Positions 17,731 to 27,012 of a DNA stretch of 64,000 nt are shown piece by piece. The notes below the pieces were generated by a model. It saw only the letters and a list, made by a program, of their open reading frames with translations, searched no databases and was not told where the DNA came from. Position numbers and translations under genes: made by a program. Position 1 is the first letter of the stretch; every line of letters starts with the position of its first letter. Source of the stretch: Deltaproteobacteria bacterium (GTDB lineage: Bacteria; Myxococcota; XYA12-FULL-58-9; JAFGEK01); assembly GCA_016931625.1 (NCBI GenBank), contig JAFGEK010000079.1:258-64257 (forward strand), in the 5' to 3' direction.

Positions 17731-19710
17731 CTAGCTATTTTTTATTGAATTCAAACGCTCAAGCCATGCATCACAGCGTGTTTGCAGTTGTCCGTCAATA
17801 GTTAAATTACCTGAGAGTTCAAGTTCTAGAGTCGGTAGCCCGAGTTTTTCAAATTCTTGCGAAATAAAATGCATATTTGTATAAGCCACCGTACAGAATT
17901 TTGCATTGACTACCACTATCCCATCTGCTTGAGCATGTAATACTTGACCTATAATATTGCGTAAAAATTTATGCTTGTCGATTAATCGCGGGCAGTTAAT
18001 ATGAGTTAGGGTATAGTCTGCTAAAGCAATAAAAGGGTCTTTACATTTAACATTAATATAACCTTGCCATGGTCGCATTGCCGAGCAATGATCAGTTACG
18101 ACAAATTCAGCGCTCGTAGCAAATGTTTGCTGCAGCGTTTCGTTATTAATACAACACCCTAAAATTGCGAGTCGCAATTTTGTTGAGACAATATTTTTAT
18201 TACTATGCTTAGCTTTTAGCTGTTGAAGATAACCTTGCAATTGTAAAGAGATCGATGAGGGTGGCATGGTTAATGCCATAGTATATAGTTCAGCCATAGC
18301 AGCTTCATTTATGGTTAAAGCGCCAGATGTACGAAATAACATAAGTTGTTGCCATAAGAGTCTAGTTTCATTGCTAGCATTAATAGCTTGCCATAATTTA
18401 TTAAGAGAAAACGATATATTAAAATATGCACAGAGTTGATCAACAATTGCACGATAGCTTTCAGCTAAATAGTGGCAGTCGTTAACCTGGTTTTTTAACG
18501 GCATTGCACTTAACACCGTGAAAATTTGGGGTTGTTGCAATGCAATAGCATCATAAACACGGCGTTTGGCATCACATGAGTCAACTGCGATAACACCGAG
18601 TAATTGGCGGTTAGCATGTAGATTTTCAATTTGACTTGCTTGTGCAGATGCAATTGAGCAAATTTGTGGATGTAGATTAAATAGTGAAAGTTGTTGGTGT
18701 TGTGTTTGAATAGCGATAATGCGATTTGGTAGGTTAAGAGCGTATAAAATTTCACGAGGAAAACAACTGCAAAGTACGGCAATAAAACTATCCTTAGCAA
18801 TAGCCTTATTAGTATTTGGAGAAGCAATAACTTGATTTGAACATGTTGGCTGAGACTTTATTTGATTATTACATTTAAGTGAATAGTTATTATTAAGTAA
18901 ATTATCACGTGCAATAAGTGCAGCACCAAGAGCCCCAACTATTTGGGGATTATCACATACATTTAGTGTATATCCTAACAAGTGTGTAAGTTGTTTTACT
19001 AGGGCCTGATTAAGTGCAACACCGCCACTCATAACATATAAAGGAGAATGATCCAGCCGTTGTATTAATGCTAAAGTACGATTAGCAATAGCATAAAATA
19101 CTGCCGCCATTATATCACCAGGGTTAATATTTTTTGCAATAAGACTTACAACTTCAGACTCGGCAAAAACCGCGCAGGTAGAATTTATATTTACTTTATT
19201 AATACTATTAGCTGCGGCGAAGTTTAATTGCGTGAGATCATCATTAAGCGTACGACAAATCGTTTCAATAAAGCGACCAGTACCAGCGGCACACCGATCA
19301 TTCATAACAAAATTTTGAACATTACCATTATTAGCAAGACAAATAACTTTGCTATCTTGTCCACCAATATCAATTACTGTTTTAGCTTCGGGAAAAAAAT
19401 GCAAGACCCCACGAGCATGACAAGAAATTTCAGAAATTGTATTTTTCACCCAACTAACACTATGACGTCCAAATCCAGTAGCTACGCTAGCAATAATTTG
19501 CTGAGGTTTAATATGAAATAACCCTAATATTGCTTGATAGGCCATATCAGCAGTATTTTCAGCACTAGGACTACTTGAAAAAATATGACTAAAGGAAATA
19601 TGACCAGTATCAGTATCAACAGCAACAATTTCTGTTGAGATCGATCCAATATCAATGCCCAAACAATAGGTTGCAGTAGGTTTTGGCAGCATTGTAAAAC
19701 TATTAATCAT
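17731..19710 (-). CDS. fusion of a BadF/BadG/BcrA/BcrD-type ATPase (dehydratase activase) with a second 2-hydroxyacyl-CoA dehydratase-like subunit
   Basis: The N-terminal roughly 270 aa have an ASKHA fold (CLGIDIGSISTEIVAV ... VMSGGVALNQ). The C-terminal roughly 390 aa form a Cys-rich dehydratase-like domain (AILGCCINNE, VTDHCSAMRP). Confidence 0.6.
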   Translation of the reverse strand: MINSFTMLPKPTATYCLGIDIGSISTEIVAVDTDTGHISFSHIFSSSPSAENTADMAYQAILGLFHIKPQQIIASVATGFGRHSVSWVKNTISEISCHARGVLHFFPEAKTVIDIGGQDSKVICLANNGNVQNFVMNDRCAAGTGRFIETICRTLNDDLTQLNFAAANSINKVNINSTCAVFAESEVVSLIAKNINPGDIMAAVFYAIANRTLALIQRLDHSPLYVMSGGVALNQALVKQLTHLLGYTLNVCDNPQIVGALGAALIARDNLLNNNYSLKCNNQIKSQPTCSNQVIASPNTNKAIAKDSFIAVLCSCFPREILYALNLPNRIIAIQTQHQQLSLFNLHPQICSIASAQASQIENLHANRQLLGVIAVDSCDAKRRVYDAIALQQPQIFTVLSAMPLKNQVNDCHYLAESYRAIVDQLCAYFNISFSLNKLWQAINASNETRLLWQQLMLFRTSGALTINEAAMAELYTMALTMPPSSISLQLQGYLQQLKAKHSNKNIVSTKLRLAILGCCINNETLQQTFATSAEFVVTDHCSAMRPWQGYINVKCKDPFIALADYTLTHINCPRLIDKHKFLRNIIGQVLHAQADGIVVVNAKFCTVAYTNMHFISQEFEKLGLPTLELELSGNLTIDGQLQTRCDAWLERLNSIKNS

Positions 19711-19756
19711 TTAAAGGCTCACCCATATATACATTTTTTTAAAAAATAGTTTAAAT

Positions 19757-21028
19757 TTAAAAATTTGAAATAACAAGAGCTGCCGCGTTACCTGCATGTG
19801 AAGTAGAGGTAATAAGTGCATGCTTAGTATTTACTGACACCTTCTTAGTTTGCGCGTAATTTAAAGGAGTTTCTGGATTAACCAGGTTGGCAATTGCTGG
19901 TACCGAACTATTTCGTATTGACCAAGCAGCTACTAATGTTTGCAGTAAACCACCAGTTTCTAAGGTTTCACCTATACTACCCTTAATCGCAGTAATTATC
20001 GGACATATATTATCATTATTAGTATATAAACATGATATTACATCAGCTTCACGACGGTCAATTTCGATATCTCCAGATGCAGATGCAGAAATGACACCGA
20101 TATCATTAACATCAATACCAGCCTGCTTAATTGCATGTGTGCATGAATTAAGTAAGGTTTCGGTTGCTTCATCATTATCAGCCGCCATTGCTGATGATAA
20201 TCCGCTTAAATTTGTGAGAGGAGTGATATCACGTTGTTGAGCATATGATAATGGTTCAAGTACTACAGCAGCGGCAGCTTCTCCTAAAGCAATATTTTTG
20301 CGATTAGTATCAAATGGTCTAGGTAAATAATTAGTATCAAATTTGCTGGCTCTTGACATGCTAAATAGTAACTCATCACAAAAAGAAAAACTTGTAACAA
20401 CTACCAAGGCACGTGCGCGTTTTTGTTGTAATAATAGTGTCGCAAGATTAAGTGCCTCAAGTGATGAAGTGTTTCCGCTTGATATAGTGAAACATAAGGC
20501 CTTGAGACCAAGAGATAAAGCGATTTGACTACTGGCAGCGCTTGGAATGCTAAATGGAACCAGGGCAGGATTAGATTTATGCAATCCTTCAACTACCACA
20601 CTGCGGTCATATTTTATTAAAGTTGGAAGATGAGCAAAACTAAACGCTCCTATTAACCCAATTTGATTACAATCAAAGTAAGTATCTGAAACGTCATCGA
20701 AGGTTTGATGATTTTCGTTATTTTGCTTATTGATATCGCAATATATTTTAGCATCATCAAGAGCAAGTTTTGCGGCGCAAAGCCCTAATTGAGTAGTGCG
20801 GTTAAGTAATCTCAATCCCTTTACAGGTGAATATTTTAAGGGGTCAAAATTTGGAATGCTAGCAATATTGATTTTAGGTATATCTTTAGCAGATTGCCAG
20901 GTTTGCAAAATGCCATTATATCCAGTGCATAATGAAGTAGCTAAAGTATCTAACGAATCACCAAGAGGCGTGATTACCCCAACCCCGGATATGGCGATAG
21001 GATTGCCAATTTCACCAAGTTGATTCAT
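19757..21028 (-). CDS. ketosynthase-like protein lacking the Cys-His-His triad (KS-beta / chain-length-factor-like partner)
   Basis: Thiolase/KS fold. The active-site position reads ALCFTISSGNTSS with Asn in place of Cys. The two His positions read ISASASG and IKGSIGE. The start of the upstream KS gene overlaps its end by 4 bp. Confidence 0.7.
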   Translation of the reverse strand: MNQLGEIGNPIAISGVGVITPLGDSLDTLATSLCTGYNGILQTWQSAKDIPKINIASIPNFDPLKYSPVKGLRLLNRTTQLGLCAAKLALDDAKIYCDINKQNNENHQTFDDVSDTYFDCNQIGLIGAFSFAHLPTLIKYDRSVVVEGLHKSNPALVPFSIPSAASSQIALSLGLKALCFTISSGNTSSLEALNLATLLLQQKRARALVVVTSFSFCDELLFSMSRASKFDTNYLPRPFDTNRKNIALGEAAAAVVLEPLSYAQQRDITPLTNLSGLSSAMAADNDEATETLLNSCTHAIKQAGIDVNDIGVISASASGDIEIDRREADVISCLYTNNDNICPIITAIKGSIGETLETGGLLQTLVAAWSIRNSSVPAIANLVNPETPLNYAQTKKVSVNTKHALITSTSHAGNAAALVISNF

Positions 21029-22260
21029 GTTTCACAACGCTTTATGATCAGGCAAACATTAAAGCCGCCAAAGCCAGCAGATAGATTTAAACAGTTATTT
21101 AATGGCAAATTGCGACCATGAATAGGCACGTAATCAAGGTCACACTTAGGATCATGTGTCGTAAGATTTGCCGTAGGTGGTACGGCTTGGTGTTGCAGCG
21201 CTAAAGTGCAAATAATAGCGGCGATAGCGCTGGCGGCGCCATTGCAATGCCCAAGCATAGATTTCAAAGAACTAATGCTTAGCTTATAGGCATGTTCACC
21301 AAATATATTCTTTATAGCTGAGGTTTCCGCATTATCATTATGAATAGTACCGGTACCATGAGCGCTTATATATTCAATTGCAGAAAAAGATGTATTACTT
21401 TGTTGTAATGCTTTACGCATAGCTCTTGTAAAACCATCACCTTGTGGTTCTGGGGCAGTAACATGGTAGGCGTCATTACTCATGCCATATCCTGCGATTT
21501 CAGCAATTATATTAGCGCCGCGTGTTCGCGCATGTTCATAATCTTCAAGAACTAAAATACCTGCCCCTTCACCAAAACATACACCATCACGATTTAGATC
21601 AAAGGGTCGACAAACAGATTTGGCTAAAATTCCCAGACGCGAGAAACCGCTATAAACTGTGCGGGTAAGTGTATCAGCGCCGCCAGCCACCATAAGTTCT
21701 GCTCTGCCGCTAGCAATCATATCGTAGGCAAGAGCAATTGCGGCATTACCCGAACTGCATGCAGCTGTGCATAATATTGATGGACCGGTGAGGGAAAAAT
21801 AACGAGAAATATTCGTTGTTATATGATGGTTATCAGCACGTTGATAAAACGTTGCATCAACTGCGTCATAGCCAATTTGAGTAAAATGATCATTAAGCTC
21901 ACCAACTGATTCTTCTTCGCCCATGGTAGTACCGATAATTACTCCAATAGGTGCGCGTCTTTTGGTGTCATTAATTAGTTGGGCTTCAGTAAGTGCAAGT
22001 TTTGTCGCTATTAAGGCTAGTTTAGTGCAGCGACCATAGGCAGCAATATGATCGATTACTTGTTTATCGTTATCAGTTGATAAATCGCATAGTGGTGTGG
22101 ATACTTCACCGCCCCAAAGATCAGCCATATTTGTACAAGAAAAACGCTGCAATGGAGCGATAAAGCAAGTACCGTCGAATAGTGATTGCCATACACTGTA
22201 TAGCTCACTTCCTGCAGCAGTTAATAAACCTCTGCCGGTTATTGCGACTTTACGTAACAT
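21025..22260 (-). CDS. beta-ketoacyl-ACP synthase (FabF/KS-alpha-type, catalytically intact)
   Basis: Cys motif ILCTAACSSG; His motifs ISAHGTGT and MLGHCNGAASA. Confidence 0.85.
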   Translation of the reverse strand: MLRKVAITGRGLLTAAGSELYSVWQSLFDGTCFIAPLQRFSCTNMADLWGGEVSTPLCDLSTDNDKQVIDHIAAYGRCTKLALIATKLALTEAQLINDTKRRAPIGVIIGTTMGEEESVGELNDHFTQIGYDAVDATFYQRADNHHITTNISRYFSLTGPSILCTAACSSGNAAIALAYDMIASGRAELMVAGGADTLTRTVYSGFSRLGILAKSVCRPFDLNRDGVCFGEGAGILVLEDYEHARTRGANIIAEIAGYGMSNDAYHVTAPEPQGDGFTRAMRKALQQSNTSFSAIEYISAHGTGTIHNDNAETSAIKNIFGEHAYKLSISSLKSMLGHCNGAASAIAAIICTLALQHQAVPPTANLTTHDPKCDLDYVPIHGRNLPLNNCLNLSAGFGGFNVCLIIKRCET

Positions 22261-22281
22261 AAAAGGACTCCCAAACTAGTG

Positions 22282-23559
22282 CTAGCTTTTTATGTAGCGC
22301 TTGCGCATGGCTTCACCATGATTTGTTAAAAACCAATTCCAGCAATCAAGCCACCCTTGACGTAATTGTTCAACTGAAAAATGCTTTGGTCGAAAAACAA
22401 TATTAGCACCGTTATATTTTTGCCATTGGTGATGCAAAAGACGCCCTGATTTTGTAAAACGAGCAAACAAGCGACTGCCCGGAAAAGGTGTTGCAATAAA
22501 AAATACCGCGTCATTAATAGATAATCTTGTTAGATAGGCAAGAACTGTATCAAAGATCGATGGTTGATCGTAATCAAAACCTAACATTGTCGAAGCGCAA
22601 ATATGAAAACCTAAATCTTGAATATATTTAATCAAATCATGATTATTCCAATATTTTTGAGCTAATTCACTTGGTATGTTAGTAGCAAAACTATTGAGGG
22701 TTAAATATAGACTATCAACATTACATGAATGTAGATGCTTTAAAAATGAAGGGTCGACTTGTTTGATCGAGCTTAACTCATCAGGAGCTAAAGCTAGCAT
22801 AAAACGTTTTTGTGTAGTGCTCAGTGCCGCGAATAATTCGCGTAACATAGGCAAAGCGTTGTCACCAGTGGCGCCTTGAGTCAAATTATCTGGAATATAT
22901 AAAGTGTTACTGGCCACGTTAGTAAGGTCTTGTAGTATTTTATCTGCTGTCAGCTGACGAATTTTACCATCAACCAAGGGTTCAACATGGGCAATGGGAC
23001 ACCATTGACATTGCAGGCGACAAGAGCGCGGTGTCAACATAATTTCCATGTCATGCGGGTAGGTCTGTCGATTCACTAACGAACGTTGGGGTAGGGGAAT
23101 TTCATTTATTGTTGGCGGACGCTCGCTAATATAAAATTGCTTGGTGGTGCCATGTAGCAAATCATTTATAAAAAGTGGCCAGGTAAGCTCAGCCTCACCA
23201 ATAAAAAGTATATCCGCATGCGCTCGTGCTTCTTGAGGCATTATAGTTACATGTTTGCCTCCCAGAATCACGAGTTTGTTTCTTTGGCGAAAATTATCAG
23301 CAATGTCATATGCTCGTGAAGCTTGTGGAGTAAAAAGGCTTATTGCCACAAGATTTGCATTAGTTTCATATGGAATGCTCATAAATTGGTCATCGATAAA
23401 TTCTAGTTCTATTTCTTTGGGTGTCAATGCTGCTAAAGTTGGTAAAGCTAACCCAGGCCCAACAGGATCAAGCCACGGGTAACCATCAGTGAGATGGCTA
23501 AGTTCAGAATGACCTTCTATGAGTTTTGCATAGCTTGGATATATTAATAATATTTTCAT
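22282..23559 (-). CDS. B12-binding-domain radical SAM enzyme
   Basis: N-terminal MKILLIYPSY... Rossmann-like B12 domain. The radical SAM cluster motif is CRLQCQWC (CxxxCxxC). Confidence 0.7.
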   Translation of the reverse strand: MKILLIYPSYAKLIEGHSELSHLTDGYPWLDPVGPGLALPTLAALTPKEIELEFIDDQFMSIPYETNANLVAISLFTPQASRAYDIADNFRQRNKLVILGGKHVTIMPQEARAHADILFIGEAELTWPLFINDLLHGTTKQFYISERPPTINEIPLPQRSLVNRQTYPHDMEIMLTPRSCRLQCQWCPIAHVEPLVDGKIRQLTADKILQDLTNVASNTLYIPDNLTQGATGDNALPMLRELFAALSTTQKRFMLALAPDELSSIKQVDPSFLKHLHSCNVDSLYLTLNSFATNIPSELAQKYWNNHDLIKYIQDLGFHICASTMLGFDYDQPSIFDTVLAYLTRLSINDAVFFIATPFPGSRLFARFTKSGRLLHHQWQKYNGANIVFRPKHFSVEQLRQGWLDCWNWFLTNHGEAMRKRYIKS

Positions 23560-23579
23560 GCTAACAGGGTGTTGGTCGA

Positions 23580-23804
23580 TTAGGCGTTGGCATTTTTGGC
23601 AACTCGCAATAGGTCATTAAAGTTATGCACTTCGGCGTATTGTTTTTCAGGAATGGTTATTCCTAAAGCTTGTTCAATTTCAAAAATTAATTCAAGCGCC
23701 CCTAGAGAATCGATACCTAAGACCTCGCGAAAATCTGCATCATTAGCGAAATCCTCATTAGTTTCAGCTATCTGTGCAACTATCTGTCTTAGTTGTTGTT
23801 CCAA
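23580..23804 (-). CDS. acyl carrier protein
   Basis: 74 aa, acidic. Phosphopantetheine-attachment motif LGIDSLGALEL. Confidence 0.8.
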   Translation of the reverse strand: MEQQLRQIVAQIAETNEDFANDADFREVLGIDSLGALELIFEIEQALGITIPEKQYAEVHNFNDLLRVAKNANA

Positions 23805-23858
23805 AATACTCTCCTGAAAATGTATAGTGTAATGAAGTAAAAAATTGTTAGCTTGCCG

Positions 23859-24137
23859 TTATGCTATAGAGATGAATTTATTTTGTTGTTTTTGCATTTG
23901 TTGTACTAATGCGGTGATAGTATTAACGGTACGAAAATTATCAGTATTTATATCCACAATATTGACATTGACTGCGAATCTCTCATCAATAAAAGCAATT
24001 AGAGCAAATGTTGAAAACGAATCAAGGATACCGTTTTGTTGAAGATCAGTATCAATATCGAAGCCGCGTTCGTCATTGTTAAGAAAATTATAAATAATAT
24101 ACTGGCTAATCTCTTTGGCAATTAATGAAGCACTCAT
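23859..24137 (-). CDS. second acyl carrier protein-like protein
   Basis: 92 aa with GILDSFSTFALIAFIDE (DSx attachment-site context). Its start overlaps the stop of the upstream ligase gene. Confidence 0.6.
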   Translation of the reverse strand: MSASLIAKEISQYIIYNFLNNDERGFDIDTDLQQNGILDSFSTFALIAFIDERFAVNVNIVDINTDNFRTVNTITALVQQMQKQQNKFISIA

Positions 24138-25702
24138 GAAGATCGTCCCAAGCGATTTTTATCGCGAGCAGGAATTAGTAAATCAGGATTCATCCCGGCA
24201 ACTGCTGATCCAATACTAAGGCGATCAGCTTTGCCATTATCGGTACGTGGTAATTTTCTAACTAATCTAACATCAGATGGGATCATATAGCGAGGTAGTA
24301 AACCAGCACAATGCCGTTTAAGATCTAAAACCGATAGTGTTTGTTCATTTGGTACCGCAACCGCAATTAATTTATTATGTGCAACTAAAGCTACAGCTTC
24401 ATGGACTTTGGGATGTTGATTTAACACAGCTTCGACTTCACCAAGCTCAATGCGATTACCGCGAATTTTAACCATATGATCAAGTCGACCATGATACCAT
24501 AACTCACCATTAGCGCCACGTGATACTAAATCACCAGTTGGGTAAGGACGTTGAGGTTTTATGGTGTTACCGCCATTAAAATAACCAAGCATTACCGTCG
24601 GTCCATCAACTAATAATTCACCGATTTCTCCATCAGCAACAGGATGCCCACTCGTAGAAACTATACTAATTGTGTTGCTACAACTCGGCCAACCAATAGG
24701 TATTGCTGCGGAGTTTTCTGAAGGAGGTTTTTTTATTTCATAGTATAAACACACATTAGTTTCAGTAGGACCAAAGAAATTAAAAAAGCGAGCTTGGCGA
24801 ACTGCGGTCATAAGCCGACGTAAGTGTTTTAGGGGAAACACTTCACCAGCGAAACAAATAACTCGTAATGAAGCAGCACCATTGCGCGTTAATTCACCTG
24901 AATCTAACATAAGCATAAGCGCTGAAGGCACTGAATACCAGATGGTAATATTATAGTGTCGAATAAATTCTGACATGTGATGGCCAGAGTTGCTAATAGC
25001 CTCATCAACAATAAATATCGTAGCACCGCGACTAAATGATGCCCAAATATCAAAAACAGATAAATCAAAATGAAATGGCGCATGATTAGCTACATGATCA
25101 TGATTATTAAGGTCTACTAACGTAGCAGCCCACTCAGTAAATGCTAAGACATTTCTGTGTGATATCATTACTCCCTTAGGAGTGCCAGTTGAGCCAGAAG
25201 TATAAAGAATAAAAGCTAAATCATCAGAACAATTTGTTGATACAGAGGGAATATTATTGCTATGTTGTTTAATTTGGTTAAGGTTTGTTACTTTGCTAGT
25301 TGAATGATCGTGATTATCGATAAGTAAAAAACGATTTATTTTGTTTTCTTGTTTAGCTTCTTGCCATACTTTTAGCAGAGATGAAGTTGTGATTAAGTGA
25401 TGCAAATTACAGTCATTAGCGATAAGAATAGCGCGAGATATTGGTGAGGCAGGATCAATAGGTACAAAAGCTGCACCTGCACGCAATACTCCTAACATTG
25501 CTGCCACAACTATTGGTGAGCGAGGTGAATGAATTCCTACGCGATCACCAATACCAACTCCTTGGTTAATTAGACTGTGGGCAAACTGATTTGCCAGTGT
25601 ATCTAAGTCACCATAGGTAAGTTTTGATTTCTGACCGACAAGCGCTAAGTGCTGACTTTCGTGCTCGGCCCATATAGTTACAAGCTGATCTATGCGCATC
25701 AT
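24134..25702 (-). CDS. AMP-dependent synthetase/ligase (fatty-acyl-AMP / acyl-ACP ligase-type adenylating enzyme)
   Basis: Adenylation core motif ILYTSGSTGTPKGV and GEL..GP..M.GY block. Position next to the ACP genes suggests it loads an ACP. Confidence 0.8.
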   Translation of the reverse strand: MMRIDQLVTIWAEHESQHLALVGQKSKLTYGDLDTLANQFAHSLINQGVGIGDRVGIHSPRSPIVVAAMLGVLRAGAAFVPIDPASPISRAILIANDCNLHHLITTSSLLKVWQEAKQENKINRFLLIDNHDHSTSKVTNLNQIKQHSNNIPSVSTNCSDDLAFILYTSGSTGTPKGVMISHRNVLAFTEWAATLVDLNNHDHVANHAPFHFDLSVFDIWASFSRGATIFIVDEAISNSGHHMSEFIRHYNITIWYSVPSALMLMLDSGELTRNGAASLRVICFAGEVFPLKHLRRLMTAVRQARFFNFFGPTETNVCLYYEIKKPPSENSAAIPIGWPSCSNTISIVSTSGHPVADGEIGELLVDGPTVMLGYFNGGNTIKPQRPYPTGDLVSRGANGELWYHGRLDHMVKIRGNRIELGEVEAVLNQHPKVHEAVALVAHNKLIAVAVPNEQTLSVLDLKRHCAGLLPRYMIPSDVRLVRKLPRTDNGKADRLSIGSAVAGMNPDLLIPARDKNRLGRSS

Positions 25703-26847
25703 TAAAGTCCTAATGATTTAGCGATGAGTATGCGCTGCATTTCAGAGCTACCGGAAAATACTCGCGCAGGAAGGGCATCGCGTAAGAGAGAATCGACACC
25801 AGTAGCAGTAATCATGGCAAAGCCACCAAAAATTTGTACCGCATCGCTGCCACTTTGTACTGCGGCTTCAGAAATCCAAAGTTTTGCTAAAGAAATAGCT
25901 TCTTCACAATGTTTGCCATCACGATGCAACTCGCCAGCGCGATAAAGCAGCGCACGACTAGTTTCAAGACGAAGTTTCATATCAACAATACGATTTTGTA
26001 TCGACTGATTTTCACCTATAACACGACCAAATTGTTTGCGCGTACGTGCATAGTCAATACATTGTTCAAGCGTACGTTCCATATAACCTACGTAGAAGGC
26101 GAATAGGCAACCACGTTCCCAAATCATTGACTCATGAAACAGAGCAGCGCCACAACCTTCAGCACCCAAACGGGTTTTGGCGCTTACACGACAATCGTTT
26201 AAATATACTGTACCCCATGGTGAAGTACGTAAGCCTGTTTTATTGAGCTCAGCTTGCACCTGCAAGCCTGCTGTTTCACGTGGCAATAAAAAGGCGCTAA
26301 TGCCCAGAAAACCACGAGCAGGATCGGTAGTAGCATAGATTAAAAAATAGTCAGCTATAGGTGCATTGGTGACAAAACACTTGCTACCATTGATAATATA
26401 TTGGTCACCATCGCGTACCGCGAGAGTTTTCAAGGCGAATACGTCAGAACCAGCTTCTGGTTCAGTAATAGCGTTAGCGCAAATATGGGTACCGTTAATG
26501 AACGATGGCAAATAGCGAGAAGTCATTTCATTTTGGGCACGCCAAATGGGTACTGACGCTGCAAACATATGTGCACACAGAGAAAAAATTAAGCCACTAT
26601 CTTCGCAGTGTTTGCCTAACGCCTCAATGATTACCATGGTATCTAGGGCATTAAGATTGCTGCCCCCAAATTGCTCAGGAAACGGTAGACCTGTAAGTCC
26701 AAAGCTAGAGGCTTGCGTCCAAAGCTCTCTATTAAAAGCGGCAGCAGCTTCACGTTCACGAGCACCTGGTGACAAACGTGTTTGTGCAAACTGGCTGACC
26801 ATTTGGACCCGCTCTTGTTGAGCTTGGTCCAAGTTGTAATAAGGCAT
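25702..26847 (-). CDS. acyl-CoA dehydrogenase-family flavoprotein
   Basis: ACAD N-, middle- and C-domain arrangement. Sequence ...QIFGGFAMITATGVDSLLRDA... Its start abuts the ligase gene. Confidence 0.8.
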   Translation of the reverse strand: MPYYNLDQAQQERVQMVSQFAQTRLSPGAREREAAAAFNRELWTQASSFGLTGLPFPEQFGGSNLNALDTMVIIEALGKHCEDSGLIFSLCAHMFAASVPIWRAQNEMTSRYLPSFINGTHICANAITEPEAGSDVFALKTLAVRDGDQYIINGSKCFVTNAPIADYFLIYATTDPARGFLGISAFLLPRETAGLQVQAELNKTGLRTSPWGTVYLNDCRVSAKTRLGAEGCGAALFHESMIWERGCLFAFYVGYMERTLEQCIDYARTRKQFGRVIGENQSIQNRIVDMKLRLETSRALLYRAGELHRDGKHCEEAISLAKLWISEAAVQSGSDAVQIFGGFAMITATGVDSLLRDALPARVFSGSSEMQRILIAKSLGL

Positions 26848-27012
26848 AGTTTATAATTTCAAAGCACTATGTCGTTTTTGTCAAGAAATGCAAGAGATAA
26901 TTAATACATATTAATTGATATACTATCTAAAACGTAAATAGTATAAATATAGTGATTTTTCTTCGTCATTACATTAAAACGAAGTAGTCACTTGTATGTG
27001 CAGGGAGTTATT

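Noticed and set aside
19757-21028. Calling the 423 aa thiolase-fold protein a second functional ketosynthase
   Set aside because: Its Cys position reads Asn and both His positions are non-His, so it is annotated as a non-catalytic CLF-like partner.
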